Shown in pieces: positions 51,563 through 64,000 of a stretch of DNA of 64,000 nucleotides. A program made the translations under genes and the position numbers. This DNA is from Camelus dromedarius. Taxonomy: Eukaryota. The stretch covers positions 86,926,001-86,990,000 of the forward strand of contig NC_087436.1 of assembly GCF_036321535.1 (NCBI RefSeq), given 5' to 3'. The notes beneath the pieces were generated by a model, which saw only the letters and a list, made by a program, of their open reading frames with translations, was not told the origin of the DNA and did no database searches. Position 1 is the first letter of the stretch. Every line of letters begins with the position of its first letter.

Positions 51563-52036
51563 TGTACAAACCCCCAAAGACGTCTGTGTTGGCCAGGTCC
51601 TCCAAGAAGCAGGTGCTGAGACAGGGTTAGAAGTGCAAGAGCTTTAGGTGGTAGCTGGTAATGGCTTTGAAAGATAACAGGGGGTAAGGCCTTTGGCTAA
51701 TGTGCAGCTCTGACAACTGTGAAAGGGAAGGAGGGGGGAGCAGGACTCAGGCAGAGCAATCCTCAGATCTGGACACAGAGCTGACAAGGACATGACCAAC
51801 CCAAGGAGGATTTGGGAGCAAAGACTGTCAGAGGAGACTCCTAGGAGGGAATGGTCAGGCCATCCTCAGCCCTTGGCTGGTACAGCTGGGAGGAGTGTAG
51901 CCTTGGCCTTGGCTCAGCCACAGAGGAGGATGCCCGTGCATGACAGCTGAAGGCTGTCTGCTAATTGCACTCATTGCAGCTCAAAGGCAAGTTCTTTCTT
52001 GAAGGGAGATCACAGCGAACTCCAGGGGCTGCTGCA
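51563..52036 (-). mobile_element. LTR16-like ERVL solo LTR
   Basis: ggtcctccaagaagcaggtgctgagacagg...tctgacaactgtgaaagg...ttgggagcaaagactg...ctgaaggctgtctgc. Confidence 0.7.
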
Positions 52037-53853
52037 GTGTCTAACATGAACTGTGAATGTTCTACTTACAAAATGCAGGAGGCATAGCATCAGCATATCA
52101 CTGCCAAAAAATGAGAGTTCATATTTTGAAAATATATTTTGGGAAAGTTACTATTTTTTGAAGTTTTTATTTAAAAGGATATTTCTTAAAAGGAGTTAAT
52201 TTTTTTTAATTTAAATAATACAGAAGTGCACAAATGTTCCCTCATTGCCACTTCAAAAATTTGGGTGTGTCCTAACAAAGCTTTTTCTATGCCATATATA
52301 TTTCTATATTCTTTTCATAGACAAGTAGAACAATATTAAAAGTAGTACTGTAGTAAAAATAATACTATTTTGCAAATTGCTTTTTTCTTTCAACAAGGTA
52401 GATAATGCCTCTAGTACATGTTTACATCATTCCTCTGCTCTAACTCCCCATGTTTTGTTATAATTATCTAGCAATTTTATTCTGGATAATTATTATTTTT
52501 CTTACTTTATGTTTCTTTTATTAATCTTTATTTACAAATGCATGAAATTTCACAGCACGATGGTCAGCAATTATTTAAGTTAAGCATGACTGGGTCCTTT
52601 TCTCAACCCATGTTTATTATATGTCAAGTCTCCCCAGTTTGTTTTTATTTGTTAGCTACCAGCCCCCTAATCAGATGCTTTAATTTTGCCGCCATCTGTT
52701 TCCAGCCTCTTTTTGGCTTGAAGCCATCACTTTAGCTTCACTCTTCACTGATGTGGGCCTCACCTGATTCTCCACAGGTGATGCCCTTTCCTCGTTCTAC
52801 CCGATCTGCTGTTGCCTTCAGCATTTTGAAGCAGAGCCTGACAGACGTGTATTCCTAGCCTCCTTCCCTCTCACTCCCATTTCTTCAATAAGAAGTCAAT
52901 AAATTTATAATAAAATTAGTATTTTGTTGATAGCTAAACCCGTTGCCATATTCAGGAATGGTGAAGTGGTATTTATCTTTAGAAACAGTGCCTGTGGCCC
53001 CATCATTGTTCTCACATATGAAGTCCAGGTGCTTTCTGGTTTCCTTGCCCCGAAAGACAGAAGTCCTAGTTCCTCAAGTTGTGAAGATTCAGCCCAGTCT
53101 TGCTCCAAGACATAACATTTAGATGGCAATCGCGTAGCCCCAAGAAGAGACTGTAAGAGTCTGCCGCCAGAAAGGCAGGCAGCTCAGAGTGATACTGGGG
53201 CTCCATTATGTTGCTATGTTTGAAATCTAACATTTGCTTAAATGGAGGAAATTAGTATAAAATAGTAGTTCAGCTGAAAAAAAAAATTAGATGGGAAAAA
53301 ATAAAGAGAAAACTAGTTTCATAAGTGGGGCTTTTCCCCCTAGAGACTATTTTGTCTTATACTAGAACTTTTCCATGTATGTTTCCCAGGACACATGATT
53401 TTATTTACTTGTAATATTTAGATGCCGCTTTAAAGTTCCAATTTCTAGGAAGTCCAGTACATACTTCCTTTTTTTTTTCTTTTGGACTGAGAAAGGCAAA
53501 GTACATGATGTATTGGATCAAGCTGAAAAGTTTCTTTGTTTTAATTGGATATCAGTACTTAAGAAGATTAATAACAGACTTGCTATGTCAACAAGATGTT
53601 TCTGGTTCCTTTTAACTGTATACTTTCTGGGGGAAAGTTCATTGTTTGGAGGCCAACATGTTCCTTTGTGACCATGCAAATCTTCATGAAAATCCCAGTC
53701 CTTCTCTCAAAATGAGACATTTTTTTTGAAAAGCATGATTAAGGTGAATATATTTGGAGAGACATTTCACGCCTGACTGATAAACACAGTCTGAACAGGT
53801 GTCTGCTTTACATGTTTAATTATGGATAAGACTTTCCTCTTTGAAGACAACCG

Positions 53854-54318
53854 TGTGGTAGCAAGCCTTCAAGATGGTGCCCGATGAGTCTCTCTTTCCA
53901 GTATTCATACATTTGTGCAGGCCCCTCCCACACTGGAAAGGCTAATGAAAAGGTTAAACTTTGAACCAATAGGATATTGCAGAAATGAGAAAGTATGTCT
54001 TCTGAGGTGAGGTCATAACAGATATTGTGGCTTCCGCCTTGCTCTCTCTTGGATCTCCCCCTCTTGAGGAAGCCAGCCATCACATCAGAGGACACTCAGT
54101 CATGTGGTGAGGAACTGAAGCTCCCTGCCACACTCAGCACCAACTTGCTAGCAATGTGAGTGGGCTATTTTGGAAACAGAGCCTGCAGAGCCAGAACCCC
54201 CTGCTAAACCACTCTTGAATTCCTGATTCACAGAAACTGTGAGGTAATAAACATTTATTAATGTTTAAGCCTCTAATTTTTGAGGTAATTTATAACTCAG
54301 AAATAGGTAACTAACACA
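53854..54318 (+). mobile_element. MLT1F-like MaLR solo LTR
   Basis: tgtggtag...aagatgg...gaagccagcc...catgtggtgaggaactga...aattcctgattcacagaaactgtgag...aataaa...taactaacaca; TG/CA termini. Confidence 0.85.
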
Positions 54319-54987
54319 GATAGTATCACAGTCCTGACATGTGGAACTGAGACATGGACGTGTGGTCACATGTTTTAGCTCCACGTGGTTATTGGGAGTT
54401 CTGTTACTAATAGCTTCATGTCCCTTTTCTAAAAATGAAGTTAAAAAATAACAGGATTAATCAATTCTTTTAGAGTCCCCTACAGCTCTTGGTAATGCTT
54501 CCTATCTGTTACACCTAGTGGAACATGACACTAATGGGCAACATGAGTTTCATAGACATGGTTTCTACTTCTTTGTGCTTCAAGGCAGTGGTTTGCGTTT
54601 GTTGCAGAGAGGGAAGTACTGAACTTGTTATTGAATCTTATTTTATGGGACCTTTGATATCCTCTCATCTAGTGATTTTCCAACACTTTAGAAGTAGAAT
54701 TTTTTAAATTACACATAAATTTTGCATAAAGCCCTGATATCTGAAACAGAATATATTAGCGTTTTATTATTATAAACATATTTTACAAGTTAAAATATAT
54801 AAACGTATTACAAAAACCATCAGTAATAGCAACAAGGCCTTTAAAAACTCATAAATTAATTAACTATAAGTTTAATGTATTGCTTGTAATAAATTAAAGC
54901 TTTTTAATGAATACAAAAATTTGAAATTATGGATTATAGATGACAGTTGCTGTCTTATATGAGCTTTAGCATCTAATTTACTTGTCT

Positions 54988-55396
54988 TGTGTTAGTTGTT
55001 ATATTATAAGTGAAGTTATACTGTGATAACAAATAAATCCTAAAATTGCAGTGTCTTAATATAGCAGAAGCTTATTTCTCATTCACATCAAAATCTGACA
55101 TGGGTCAGGCAACTCCCCTCTGATCAGTGACTTGGGGACCCAAGTGCTTCCATCTTGAGGCTCTGCTGACATACTTGCAGCAGGCAAATGAGGTGAAGAG
55201 AGTGGAGAGGAAGGGAGAAAGGGAGTGAAGAAAGAACACATACACCTGACCATAAGAGCCTGGAAATTACACAAGTAACATTCACTCATATCGCTCAGAA
55301 TTAGTCCTGTGGCCACCCTGACTCAAGGGAGGCTGGGAAACAGAAAGGAGCACATCGCTGCTGTTGTGAAGCAACAATTGCAAAATAGTGCCAGAC
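54988..55396 (-). mobile_element. MLT1J-like solo LTR
   Basis: taacaaataaatcctaaaattgcagtgtcttaa...ttatttctcattcac...gtgacttggggaccca...cagaattagtc. Confidence 0.7.
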
Positions 55397-55869
55397 ACTG
55401 ATACGCACGGGTAAGCAGATGATGGTGGTTGTTGTTGTTTTCGTTTTAAATGGCTTGCCTTGAATACAGAATACTCTTTCACTAAATTTTAGGACTAACT
55501 CCCTTATCTATGTGGTCCATATCAGTGCTTTTGTGAACTCCAGCTGATAAGTAACACATATAAATATGCATTTTTTGGCTTTTCTGGACTTTGTTATTTT
55601 TTTAAGGATATAAATCAGACCCTTATAGACTGCTTAGAAACTGAGACCTAGAAATGAGATGAAAGGAACCAAGACAAGAACTTTGTTCTTCTACCAATGT
55701 TAGTGCTTTTTCTTTGTCCCCATCAACCCTCAAACACATTTATGCCTTCAGTGGCATCCTAAAATTAGTTATATACCTTGATAGAAGTCAGGTTTGGTTT
55801 GATTTACACAAATACCAAAAGCATAAGTGTATTAAAGGCCCTGTGCAATGTATCTTACTCTAAATTGTA

Positions 55870-56050
55870 CAGAGATGGCAAACTCAGATGCTTGCAGGGA
55901 TGAGACAGGTGATAGAAATATGTAAGTGGGCCTGAGTCAAGCCACAGGGACTGGGCACACTTGCTCAACTCTAGCTGATTGTGGCCATGTGGGAATCAGA
56001 GCCCAGTGTTCTCAGATCTTTTGGGTTGGTTTGTTTTAGGATAAGCCATA
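55870..56050. mobile_element. MER102-like hAT-Charlie fragment
   Basis: cagagatggcaaactcagatgc...ctcaactctagctgattgtggccatgtgggaat...gcccagtgtt...cagatctt. Confidence 0.7.
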
Positions 56051-58794
56051 TACTACCAGCATAGAAATAAATATCTGTTATATCAGGTTATGGAAACCAG
56101 AGCAGTGATTTTATGCTCTTCCAGATGGATTGGGGAGTTAATGGCAATGCTACCCCCGTGGCATATAGAGAATTAGAGAAACCCATGTAACTGTCCAACC
56201 AAGACCAGCTTTGTAAACCCTATCAGGATTATCAGTTATCAAAGGGCCCAGAAGTCTTTGGAAGCACTATTCAGCTCTGCCTTAATTAGACCCATGAGAC
56301 CAGGTCTTGATTCTAAGTATATCTGAGACATGTTTTATCTTTTTGACATAGCCTATTTGTCCTTCAGCTTGTCTTAACAAAGAGGAGTGTTTTTCGCTCC
56401 ACGCTGTTATATTGAAAAGAGAACAGATGTAGAAATAAGGAAACTCCTGGGGGCAGCAGATGATAGAAATGAGGCGCTGGGTAGGGCCTAGGCAACACAG
56501 CTGTGCTGAGGAATACCTGACAAGAATAAAACCCATTTTGACACCAGCCATTCCAAGTAATTTTATTACCACTGAAATAGTGAAGCACAGTTTTTAAAGT
56601 AATAATTTGTGCATTTCTTAAGAGCTACATCAAACCAACACGTACAAAGTGACCACTTCCATGTTCAAAGCCAGAAACAGTGAGGCTCATTCTCTTTGTT
56701 CCTCTCATCCTCACCCAACACTTACTCTTGCAGAACTAAATGCTTACACTTCCCAAAGTGCCGACCAGGGTGCACAAGTTACTCACTTAGTTACTCAAAC
56801 AGGATATCTCATCTCCTAATTTAAATGCTGTGCACAAGTGCTGTAAACAGGTCAACACAATGTGGTGTTGATATACTCTGCACAGAACTGTCACTAGGGC
56901 AACTTGACTCCATAGAAACTCTTTAAGTCAATCAAGTTATATGCAATGATTGTAACTCCCTATTAATTGTAAAACATACCTTACGAATCCAACAGGTTCA
57001 CCAAAACCTTTGTTCCCATCACCATCAGCGAGAAAGTCTCTGGTATCCATAAAACTGCTAGAGACAACCTTAAGATGTAGCAGCACTGAAGGTTCTAGAA
57101 ACAAACGTCTGCTATTGGGGATCCCACAGATGGTTGCATAAGCCCTTTTAATTAGCATTGACCCAATAATAGCTTCTTCTCAGAGACGTGTTTTCTATTT
57201 CAGTCCACCCAGCTGGCGTGAATATGCTGTTTAAAGACTGCATAATAAAGTCCATGAAAATACTGACAGAGTACGTCTGCTGGCAGATTTATAGACTGAA
57301 TAGTCCCTGCAATTTTCTTGCTCTCTCTTGCTCTTTTTTTCCCACCAAATAAGGGAAATGAATAAACAGCCAAACTTGAACAGTTATTTAGGTTTGGCAA
57401 AGGTTTTCTCTCATTCACAAAAGACTTTATATCAACAAACAGAAAATCTTTTAACTTCTAATTTCAAATTAGTTATCATTTTCATTCTTAATGAAGATCC
57501 TTTACAAATTCATCAGTAGATATGAGTCATTAACAAAGCATAATGATGATGACAATACCTGAAGCTCCGTAATGAACCTGCTTCTAAGAGGAAATAAGAA
57601 GTGTACATTGAAAGGATGTAATGAGGCTGCGGTTTACAGAAAAGAGAGAGAACCCAAAGAGTAGAAGTATTTGATGTGGCACAATTTAGAGTACTTAAAA
57701 AAATTTTTCAGCCAACTTAAAGCAAATTATGTATGTTAGACACAGCTACATGCTTTCCATTTTTCACACTAGCAAGCTTCCAGAATAAAACACTATAGAA
57801 TCTCAAATTGTTTCATTTTTATTATATTGTAAGAAATTAAATTTTGGTTTGAATGAATCCCACCTTATGAAATTGAGGTATGCTTAGAGAAAAAATATCA
57901 AATTCCAATGTGGATTGTTTATAAATATCCTTCTTCAGATGATTTACTTAACTCCATCCATTTTCTATTTCATTAATGCTGGACAGTTGACATTACAGTG
58001 AAGCTCACCTCCTTCTTTTTATCCTCTATGAGTCACACCCTCTGGTAGTTACACGGGCTAAAGATATGAAGATACGCTCTTCATTTGATAACATTCACTC
58101 CACAAAGAGTGCCAGTGCTATCGACAGACATAGGGAGCCAGAGGGAGAATCTAGTTCAAAAATGAATGTATACACATGCTTTCAGACCACACTCTCCCAC
58201 TGCATCCTTCCTGTGTCCATAGCACTGTGCTAGAGGCCGATGGAGGGGCCTTCTTGTTAGAGTGATGTCACTGCCCTACCACAGCCACACTGGGAAGATA
58301 AGCACAAGTGAACCATGTAATTAGCCTTTCAAAACAGAATGAGATTAAGTGTCAAATAAGTGATGCCAGAGATAAAGCTGGACAAGGTTCAGAGCAGAAG
58401 AGATCGATGAAGGCAGCATAGAGTCAGGAAGAGAGCAGTGGTTCCAGCATCAGATAATCTTAGGAGAAAATCTTTTTTTCACCCTTCTGTAATAGCAACA
58501 TGGTTTTAAGTCAGTGTCATTGAGCTCTGATTCCCTTATCTGTAAAACAGGAATCAAAATGCCTTGTTTACAAGTTGTTACTGTGAGATACTGCAGGAGG
58601 CACAAATTATATGGCAGCTATTAATTGCTATGGCTGTTGTGATCTAACAGAAGCAGGAGTAGGGTAGCCAGTCCTCATGCAAAAGATACGCTTAAAGTTG
58701 AGGACAATGAAGGATTTGCTGAGGGCTTGCCATTAAAGGCAAGAATCAGTGATAAAACTGGTCCACTAGAAATTTGTCTTAAAAATGGGCTGGA

Positions 58795-59000
58795 GAATCT
58801 TAAAGTAATTGGAGTCAGATTACAGAGGGCCTTGAGTACCAGGAAGAGAGGTTCAGACTACATTCTGTGGGCAGTTGGGAGCCATTAGAAAATTTTGAGC
58901 AAGGAAGTTCCATGATGAAATTTAAAATGGTGTTTAAAAGCTCTTATTTTGATAGATCTGATAGTCAGATATGCAACCTGGACTGGAAATGAGAGAGTCA
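58795..59000 (-). mobile_element. L2 fragment
   Basis: cagattacagagggccttgag...gggagccattagaaaattttgagcaagg. Confidence 0.65.
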
Positions 59001-60974
59001 AGAGCAAAGAGGGAGAAAGGAAGGGAGAATGAACATCTATTGATCACCTGTGGTGTGTGTTTTAGACCATGGCCTGAGAGCCAGTCTCTGATTCCAAATG
59101 AGGTTCCCTCTAATCAATCTTCCTCTTTAATGAAATAGGAAGTGACAGTACAGAAGAGCTTTTCAGAACTCTGAATGGAGGAGACTAGAGCAAGCAAAGT
59201 ACTATTGAAGCTAGAATGAGGGAAACTCTGCTGGTAGAAGAAAATCTCAGAATGCAAATTCTGCTTGAAGGAATATTTTTTTTTGTCAGTGTTAAAATAC
59301 TATAAATATATATTCACTTTCTGTTAACAACCTGGTGTTTTCTTTCCTATGGTTTTCCCTTCATCCTTTTGTACTTAGAGTAAAACTCATGATGGAGAAG
59401 ACTCAGCAGCTTCAGACATAAGCCATGATGGCTACACACAACTCCCCATTCAAACCCGTTTTCATTAAAACCAGACTGTTTTAAAATGAAAGCTATTTCC
59501 AACAACCTCTTCTGTGAACATTTGAACATCTGTAAGAAAACAGACAGGAGCCCAATTATCAGTCTGAAAAGTTGTATCCAAAAAAATGCAGTTTCCTTCA
59601 CAGTTTAGATGGGCCGAGGAAAGGTGACCTCATTATGAGCAACTCCCTGGTCTGTGGAACCCTCTTCAAACACATGAAAGGATTTGCCAACCCCAGGGGG
59701 TACGGGTGGAGCATCCACAACTATACCTACAGAGTTCTCTTATTGGACTCCAGTGAATGCCAGTAAATAGCTCAGTAAATCAGAAGTCGGGAATTTTTCT
59801 AGATTTCTATTCATTTTTCTTTTCAGTGGTATCTCTTCAACATGCTGTTCTCATTAAAGAAAATTTTGGGAACCATGTGACTCTTGAAGAGTCAATTTGG
59901 GCTTCCAATTAATTTTCAAAAAATGTTACACTCAAAGCTTAACAACATTGGCCAAAACTTTTATAAAATCTGTAGCACTGCCATTTTGTTTTCATTGAAA
60001 GCGGTCTTAATATATACTTCAATATCCTGGCTTACATGGAATTGGAAGGTTCCAAGAAAATATTCAAGATCTACATTTCCCAGGGTTTGGTTGAACTGTG
60101 ACATTATGTTCATTGTTGGATTGTTGTCATGTTTATCATAGATTTTCTTGCCTTTCTTGGCCAAGAGAAATTCTCTGGCCTATAACAGATATATGTGGTT
60201 TTAAAGAGGTAAGACACTTTACTGTGAAAAAACAACTTTGGGTCCAAGAGAACATATGTGTTTAAAAAGAACTTTTAAGGTTTGGAGGCTGTAAAAACAA
60301 CTTTGCTTTTCATGCACCTGTCCTTATAGGATACGTCCCATATTGGTTTGCCTTTTTCATTGATTACATAAAACATTCTCTTAAACCTGGCAGGCACTTG
60401 CTGATTGGTAGCACAAATGCTGGCTCAAGGGGAAACTGCCACTCTTACCTTCAAATTTGACTCTAGACTCAGAATTAAGCTTCCATTTCAAATTATTGCT
60501 AAAACCTGTTTTCGATTGCCTGGCAGAAATTCTATGCTTTTATGGGAAAATTCATGGATCTCTTCAGCTCAAGACAGAAGATTTTATATCTTTATGATTT
60601 TGTATTATGAAAAAATATATTTGTTTAAAAACTCCATATATTATTATAATATGTATATCATAGAAAATGAAAGTCCTTTATCATCTAACATCCCAGAAAA
60701 TATTTCTCATTATCTGGGGGGTTATTTCTCCATAGTTTTTTTTTTCCCCACTTAGAGTTACTAACATACACATGCCTAGATTCATTACAATGGAATCACC
60801 ATATGTCTACACTTGTGCAACTTGCTTTTCTCTTAGACGTATTTTCTTGCTATTGCCTTTACACCTAGCTTATTGTTTTTTGACAGGAATGTTTTATTCC
60901 TTTGTGAAGTGGCCCATAATTTATTTGGACAGCACTCTGTTGATGGACATTTATGTAGATTCTAATTGTTGATT

Positions 60975-62870
60975 CACATTTTAGTTTACATACAGAAAAA
61001 TTTACTATTTTGATGTAAAGTTCTATAAGTTTTCATGAACAAATATAATCATGTAAGCAGCACTGTAATTATAACTGTTCCATCCCTCTAAAAGTGTCCT
61101 CATTCTGTCCCTTTGTAGTCAACCCTTTCCCCACCACCACCCCCTAGCAACCACTGATCTATTTTCTGTTCTTATAATCTTGCTGTTTCCAGAATATCAT
61201 AAAAATGGAATTATGCAGTATATGGCTTCTTTCACTGAACATAATGTGTCTGAGGTCCACCAATGTTGTTATATACATCAGTAGTTCATTTATTTTTATT
61301 GTTGGATAATCTCCCACTGTGTGGAGGTGCCAGTTTGTTTACCCATTCACCAGTTGAAGGACATTTAGGCTGTTACCAATTTTTGAAATTATGAATAAAG
61401 CCACTATAAATAATCAAGTATAGGATTTTATGTTAATGTAAGCTTTAATTTCATTTGGATAAGTGCCCAGGAGGGAGACAACTGGGTCACATTATAAGTA
61501 TATGTTTAACTTTATAGGAAGCTGCCAGATTGTTTGCAAAGTTCTTATGCAGTTTTGCATTCCCACCAACAATGTGTGAAGGTTCCAGTTTTGTGTATGT
61601 TCACCAGCGCTTGGAATTGTCAGTTTTTCATTTTTTGAACCATTCTGATAGCTGTGTAGTGGTATCTCATTGTGGTTTTAATTTGCATTTCCCTACTGAC
61701 TAACGGTGTTGGGTATTTTTTCATGTGCTTATTTGCCATTCATGTATCTTCTTAGGTAAAGTGTCTGTTCAGATCTCTTCCCATTCTTTCACTGGTTTGT
61801 CTTCTTATTATTGAGTCTTGAGAGTTCTTTGTATTTTCTGGATACATGTTCTTTATCAGATAATGTTCTGCAAATATTTCTCCCCAACTGTGTTTGTCTT
61901 TTCAGATTGTGTCTTTTATATATCAGAAGCTTTACATTTTAATAGTGTCGAATTTATCTTTTTTAAATGAATTATGATTTTGGTGTCATATTTAAATCTT
62001 TGCCTAACCTAAACCTTTAATGATTTTCTCCTGTATTCCTTTTAGAAGTTTCGTAGTTTTAGCTGTTACATTTAGATCCATGATCCATTTAGAGTTAGTT
62101 TTCTTTTTTTTATTGAAGTATAGTCAGTTTACAATGTGTCAATTTATGGTGTACAGCAGAAAGTTTCAGTAATATATATACATACATAAATTCATTTTCA
62201 TATTCTTTTTCATTATAGGTTACTACAAGATATTGAATATAGTTCCCAGCGCTTGTTGTTTGTCTATTTTATACATAGTAGTTAGTATCTGCAAACCTCG
62301 AACTCCCAATTTATCCCTTCCCACCCTCTTCCCCCTGTCCCTGGTAATCATAAGTTTATTTTCTATGTCTGAGTCTGTTTCTGTTTTGTAAATAAGTTTG
62401 TTTGTCTTTTTTTTTTTTAATTCTACATATAAGTGATATCATATGGTATTTTTCTTTCTCTTTCTAGCTTTCTTCACTTAGAATGACAGTCTCCAGATCC
62501 ATACATGTTGCTGCAAGTGGCATTATTTTATTCTTTTTTATGGCTGAGTAGTAGTCCATTGTATAAATATACCATAGCTTCTTTATCCAGTTATCTATCG
62601 ATGAACATTTAGGTTGTTTCCATGTCTTGGCTATTGTATATAGCGCTGCTAAGAACACTGGGGTGCATGTATCTTAGAGTTAGTTTTCATGTAAGATGGA
62701 AAGTATTGGTTAAGTTTCCTGTTTTTATTTATGAATGTACAATAGTTGCAGCACCATTCACTGCAAAGTTTATCCTTTGTTCACTGAATTGCCTTTGCAC
62801 ATTTATCAAAATTAGTTAATCATATGTGTATGGCTATACCTCTGGACAATTTATTCTCTTCCAGCATTAT
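60975..62870 (-). mobile_element. Old L1 (L1MB/MA-like), antisense, interrupted by a younger L1
   Basis: ctagcaaccactgatct, cattcaccagttgaaggacattt, ttttgcattcccaccaacaatg, gtggtatctcattgtggttttaatttgcatttcc; resumes after 62688 (gttgcagcaccatt...ttgcctttgcac). Confidence 0.88.
62104..62673 (-). mobile_element. Younger lineage-specific L1 3' fragment (570 bp)
   Basis: ORF2 end FLAALYTIAKTWKQPKC...WIKKLWYIYTMDYYSAIKKN (62464-62658); perfect 15-bp TSD ttagagttagttttc at 62089-62103 and 62674-62688. Confidence 0.93.
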
Positions 62871-64000
62871 GAATGTTAAATGTCTACCATATTGCTGCTG
62901 AATTTATCCCAAGAAATGAAGCTACCAAGTCCCATTTAGACCATGCACTTGTTTATAGCTTAATGAAGTCAAAGTGAATGCATTTTGCAGTTACTCAGGT
63001 CATAAATGTAGTTAAACTCAGGTCATAAAACCTTGCATTGTTTAAGGCGGAATTGGGCGGGGAGAAGAACAAAGTTAATGAAAAACAGCACGCACCCTTT
63101 GGTTTAAGTATTTTTGGTTGAATTTTTTGAAAGATGTATATTGGTGTTAACCTTTTCCAGATTCTTCCTAATAGAGAAAGTGTGAAATTACAGAATGATT
63201 CCCCCTTACACTCAAACACACATGCATGTATGCACACACACCACACATCAGAAGAAAATTTTTATAGCTCAAAAACATTTGATATTTGTTTAAGTCCCCA
63301 ATAATATAATATTTTTATTATTAAAAGCTTGACTTTCTTCTTGTATTGGAATAGAGTATTAGAAACTGCCATTTGGTGGAGGTGGGGTGTTCCAAAGCAT
63401 GGTGTAAAATATGTATAATGTGCATTTATCAAAGAAATGGGTCAGAAAATAACCCCGCTCCTTCCTGTCTCTCATCTTCAGTTTGCTAACTTACAGTACA
63501 TTGGCTTACCTAACCTTCAAAAGCCCTGAGGACCTTTCATCAAGTAAGTGATCAACTTTGTGGTAGAAGAATTCAGAAAAAAAAAAATTACTTTAGCAAA
63601 CTTGAAAAGAGCCAGGCAGGTGCTTCTTTATATTAACCCATAAAATGCTTGACCAGGAGAAATTTAGATGCATGGGGAAGATCTTTCTTCCTTCTACTTC
63701 TTTCTTCCTTCCTCTTCCCTCCCTTCTTTCTTCTCTTCCATCCATATTGAATAATAAAACATTGAGCCATGTTCTAAAGCAATATGACACAGTCCCTTAT
63801 GGATAATTTTGTTGGGCAGGGAATGCATATCTGCAGAACATGTAAGTAATTCTACAGTGTCATTCACAAAGAATTCTGCAAAACCAACATTTACCAAGAT
63901 GCACTGATATTTTTTTTCCAAGAAGATAAAATTCTGGTAGTCTTTTGTCTACTTTGTCCAAAAAAAAAAAAGAAAAGAAAAGAAAGAGAGAAGTCAATGT

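Noticed and set aside
62993..63029. 14-bp direct repeat actcaggtcataaa (similar case tatttcaaatagag at 27439 and 27466)
   Set aside because: Only two copies each; consistent with local slippage duplication, not an array or CRISPR-like structure.
1..64000. CRISPR array, operon, rRNA, snRNA, processed pseudogene or CpG island
   Set aside because: None seen; the sequence is CpG-depleted eutherian DNA with no such signatures.

Overview
Mammalian (eutherian) genomic DNA: AT-rich, CpG-depleted and dense in repeats. Three short tRNA-Ala(AGC)-derived SINEs of the Vic-1 type point to a camelid (camel, llama or alpaca); this is an inference. I found no confidently recognisable host protein-coding gene, structural RNA gene, CpG island or CRISPR array, so the window looks intronic or intergenic. 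It contains old L1MB/L1MC/L1ME, L2, MIR, MaLR (MLT1) and LTR16 elements, hAT and Tc2 DNA-transposon relics, three younger lineage-specific L1 3' fragments and several microsatellites. The only recognisable peptides are two L1 ORF2 C-termini. The most notable observations are: (1) an L1 insertion whose 5' junction carries a 37-bp segment also found about 590 bp downstream of its 3' end, inside a 7-bp TSD; (2) several unassigned exon-like segments, the best being a 265-nt open minus-strand exon at 20847-21111; (3) nested insertions with readable TSDs; (4) motif-dense enhancer candidates. Repeat subfamily names and boundaries come from recalled consensus similarity and are approximate. I see no strong evidence for a novel biological system.
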